Of a stretch of 64,000 nt of DNA, positions 61,852-64,000 are shown piece after piece. The position numbers and the translations under genes were made by a program. Within the stretch, counting starts at the first letter, position 1. Each line of letters opens with the position of its first letter. The stretch is from Octopus sinensis (taxonomy: Eukaryota), in assembly GCF_006345805.1 (NCBI RefSeq), contig NC_042997.1, positions 22,072,001 to 22,136,000 of the forward strand, in the 5' to 3' direction. The notes beneath the pieces are model-generated. The model did not search any database and was not told the DNA's origin. It saw only the letters and a program-made list of their open reading frames with translations.

Positions 61852-64000
61852 TATAATGCATTATGTGTTGAAATTGGTTCAATCGAAATGAACTGAGTTC
61901 ATAAGCAGAACTCAATACAAAATACAAGTGTATAGTTTTATATTTTTGTCTTTAAAGCTTAGAACAATTATCAATTACCGTTTCAAACTTAGGTCGTCAG
62001 TGAGTGGCAGGTGTTGTGGCAGAACGACAATACCTTTTGCTGTGTTCTACATACTAGATAAATTTATCAACATTTCTCTGTTTTTTTTCAAAGAATTCCA
62101 AGGGACTTCCAAAATCTCTCCGTCATATTTCATATAAAAAGAAATATCCATATTTTAAACTCACGGCTTACAATTAAATGTAAATAAAATGAAAAGTAAA
62201 AGCTGAGGCTAAACATTTCAAAATTGAGTAGATGAATATAATAATCAGCAATCAGTGAAGGGAAGATGAGGTTAGTTATTTCTATCTTATCACTGGACTG
62301 CGCTGTGTTTCTGTTCAACAATATGAGCACCACTAGTTTGAAGCTGTTGTAACTCTTTAGCTTTCGATCAACCTCGAAAGGACAGACTCGTGAACATAGA
62401 TATTTCAGTCGTGCCAACCCGTCTTTTCGTCGACATTCTTTGCCCAAGACTGCATCATTAAATGCGTCCTTCTGTAAAACTATGAAGAGTGATTTGAAGC
62501 AGATTGATCAATCACACAGAGGTTCTCTCGTTAGCTTAGGCTCTTCTTCCCCAAGTTGTTGACGTTTTTAGCCCTTTGACCTGACCTAATAGGGCTGACC
62601 TATGGCTAACGACATTCCAGTCGTGTGACTTATTCGTTCTGTTTTCAGACAATGTACATACGCTTATATATTATCCAATGCGCTCTTCTTTTCAATCGGT
62701 AAGGAGATTCCCTATCTCCCGTTGTGCTTTCAAGTAAGTTTGTATTATTTTCTAAGTAGGGATCATGGGTGATATTCTTCAGTGTTGTGGGCAATGGCTA
62801 CGCTACAGTATTGACGGAGAGAAAGGAAAAAGTTTTTTTTGCCTCCTATTCATAAGAATTGGCTGACCAAAGGTTACTTAACAAATACCCATAGCAATGA
62901 GTTCACGTATATGCATAAAGTCTTCTTTCAGAAGAAGAAATATTTCCAAGAGCCGAGGACATGTATAACCAGGTACACGCTCAAATCTAATGCAATAGAT
63001 GCATTGTATACTTAATGAATATTACATTAGCTTCAAATGCTAGGCTAGAACTTTATTATGGGCATAGAGTAGTCAAGAGCATAATTAATGTAATGTAGGA
63101 AGGAAATGCCAGAAGAGAAGAAAAGAGGAAGGAAAGAAGAAAGGAAAGAGGAAAGATGGAAAAAAGAGAAAGAAGGAGGGGAAGAAATAAATTAATGATA
63201 AACAAACTGGTGATAATCCTTATGGATTCATTGCGATTTAGATTTTAAGAATCTTCATATCTAAATATCATATTATAGTCTGAAGAACATTGCTGAGTAG
63301 AGATAAACTCTTAGCGACACGGTTTCCATCCTCAGTTAGAGACACTTTACTTCACTCACGTTTGTAATGCCCTTCGACACAACATAAACGTCAAAGAATC
63401 TCGTTACCCGCTCCCTCTATAAACTTGAAATTCTTATACTTGAAGCTACTATTAGTAGATATATTGATTTATTGTCATACGATCGAAGAATCTATCACCC
63501 TTCGAGACACCATAAGCATCATACAATCTTATTACACTTTCCCCTTTATAAATCTGAAATTCCTGCACCTACAAATCAATACTGATAGATTCAACCAACG
63601 ATTGATTAATCAATAATTCGAAGAATTAATGCTGACTAAATCAATTGAGTGCCAGACTGCTAGTTGGTATTCTATCATCAATTATGATATGACGACTCAT
63701 GGGTATCTAGCCTAACTTGAATCACTATTTCCGCAAAAGTAATGAATTCTAAGCTTCGGAGTTTGGCAGTCTCTGCATAGTCTTTCACTAAAGATAGAGA
63801 AAATATAAATGTAAATATAATATATATAAATATATAAATTTGCTTAGTATACTGATCACTTCCCTGGCATATTTTCACTGAGCCGTATTGGTGTGATATT
63901 GAATGCCAGTTATTTAATGGAATATTTTAAAGGATGAAATATTAGAGTAGCGCCAGGTTTTTTGGACCTATTGTAATCTTGTTTCCAAGCCATATTCTAA

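Overview
Repeat-saturated, AT-rich animal genomic DNA. It is most likely an Octopus assembly; this is an inference from the SINE families and the extreme microsatellite density, not a database match. There is one 100-N scaffold gap (9288-9387). I see no intact host gene. Nearly all listed ORFs are microsatellite artefacts or transposon fragments; a few minus-strand exon-like segments are flagged at low confidence. Supported elements: Tc1/mariner transposons (DD34D, DD34E, DD41D), several MITEs, three non-autonomous Helitrons, RTE, Tx1/L1 and R4/Dong-like LINE fragments, a Penelope-like element, and at least five SINE families. Most interesting observations: (1) hammerhead-ribozyme-like motifs, two of them with an unusual U at core position 6, tied to a Penelope-like element; (2) an R4/Dong-like retroelement that appears to target (CATA)n microsatellites; (3) a Nin-domain SINE that forms head-to-tail multimers at a fixed junction and whose 3' tail matches the 3' end of Tx1-like LINEs in this window; (4) several fold-back or hairpin structures that could form long dsRNA. 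Coordinates were counted by eye; element boundaries may be off by a few bases, or tens of bases for degraded copies.
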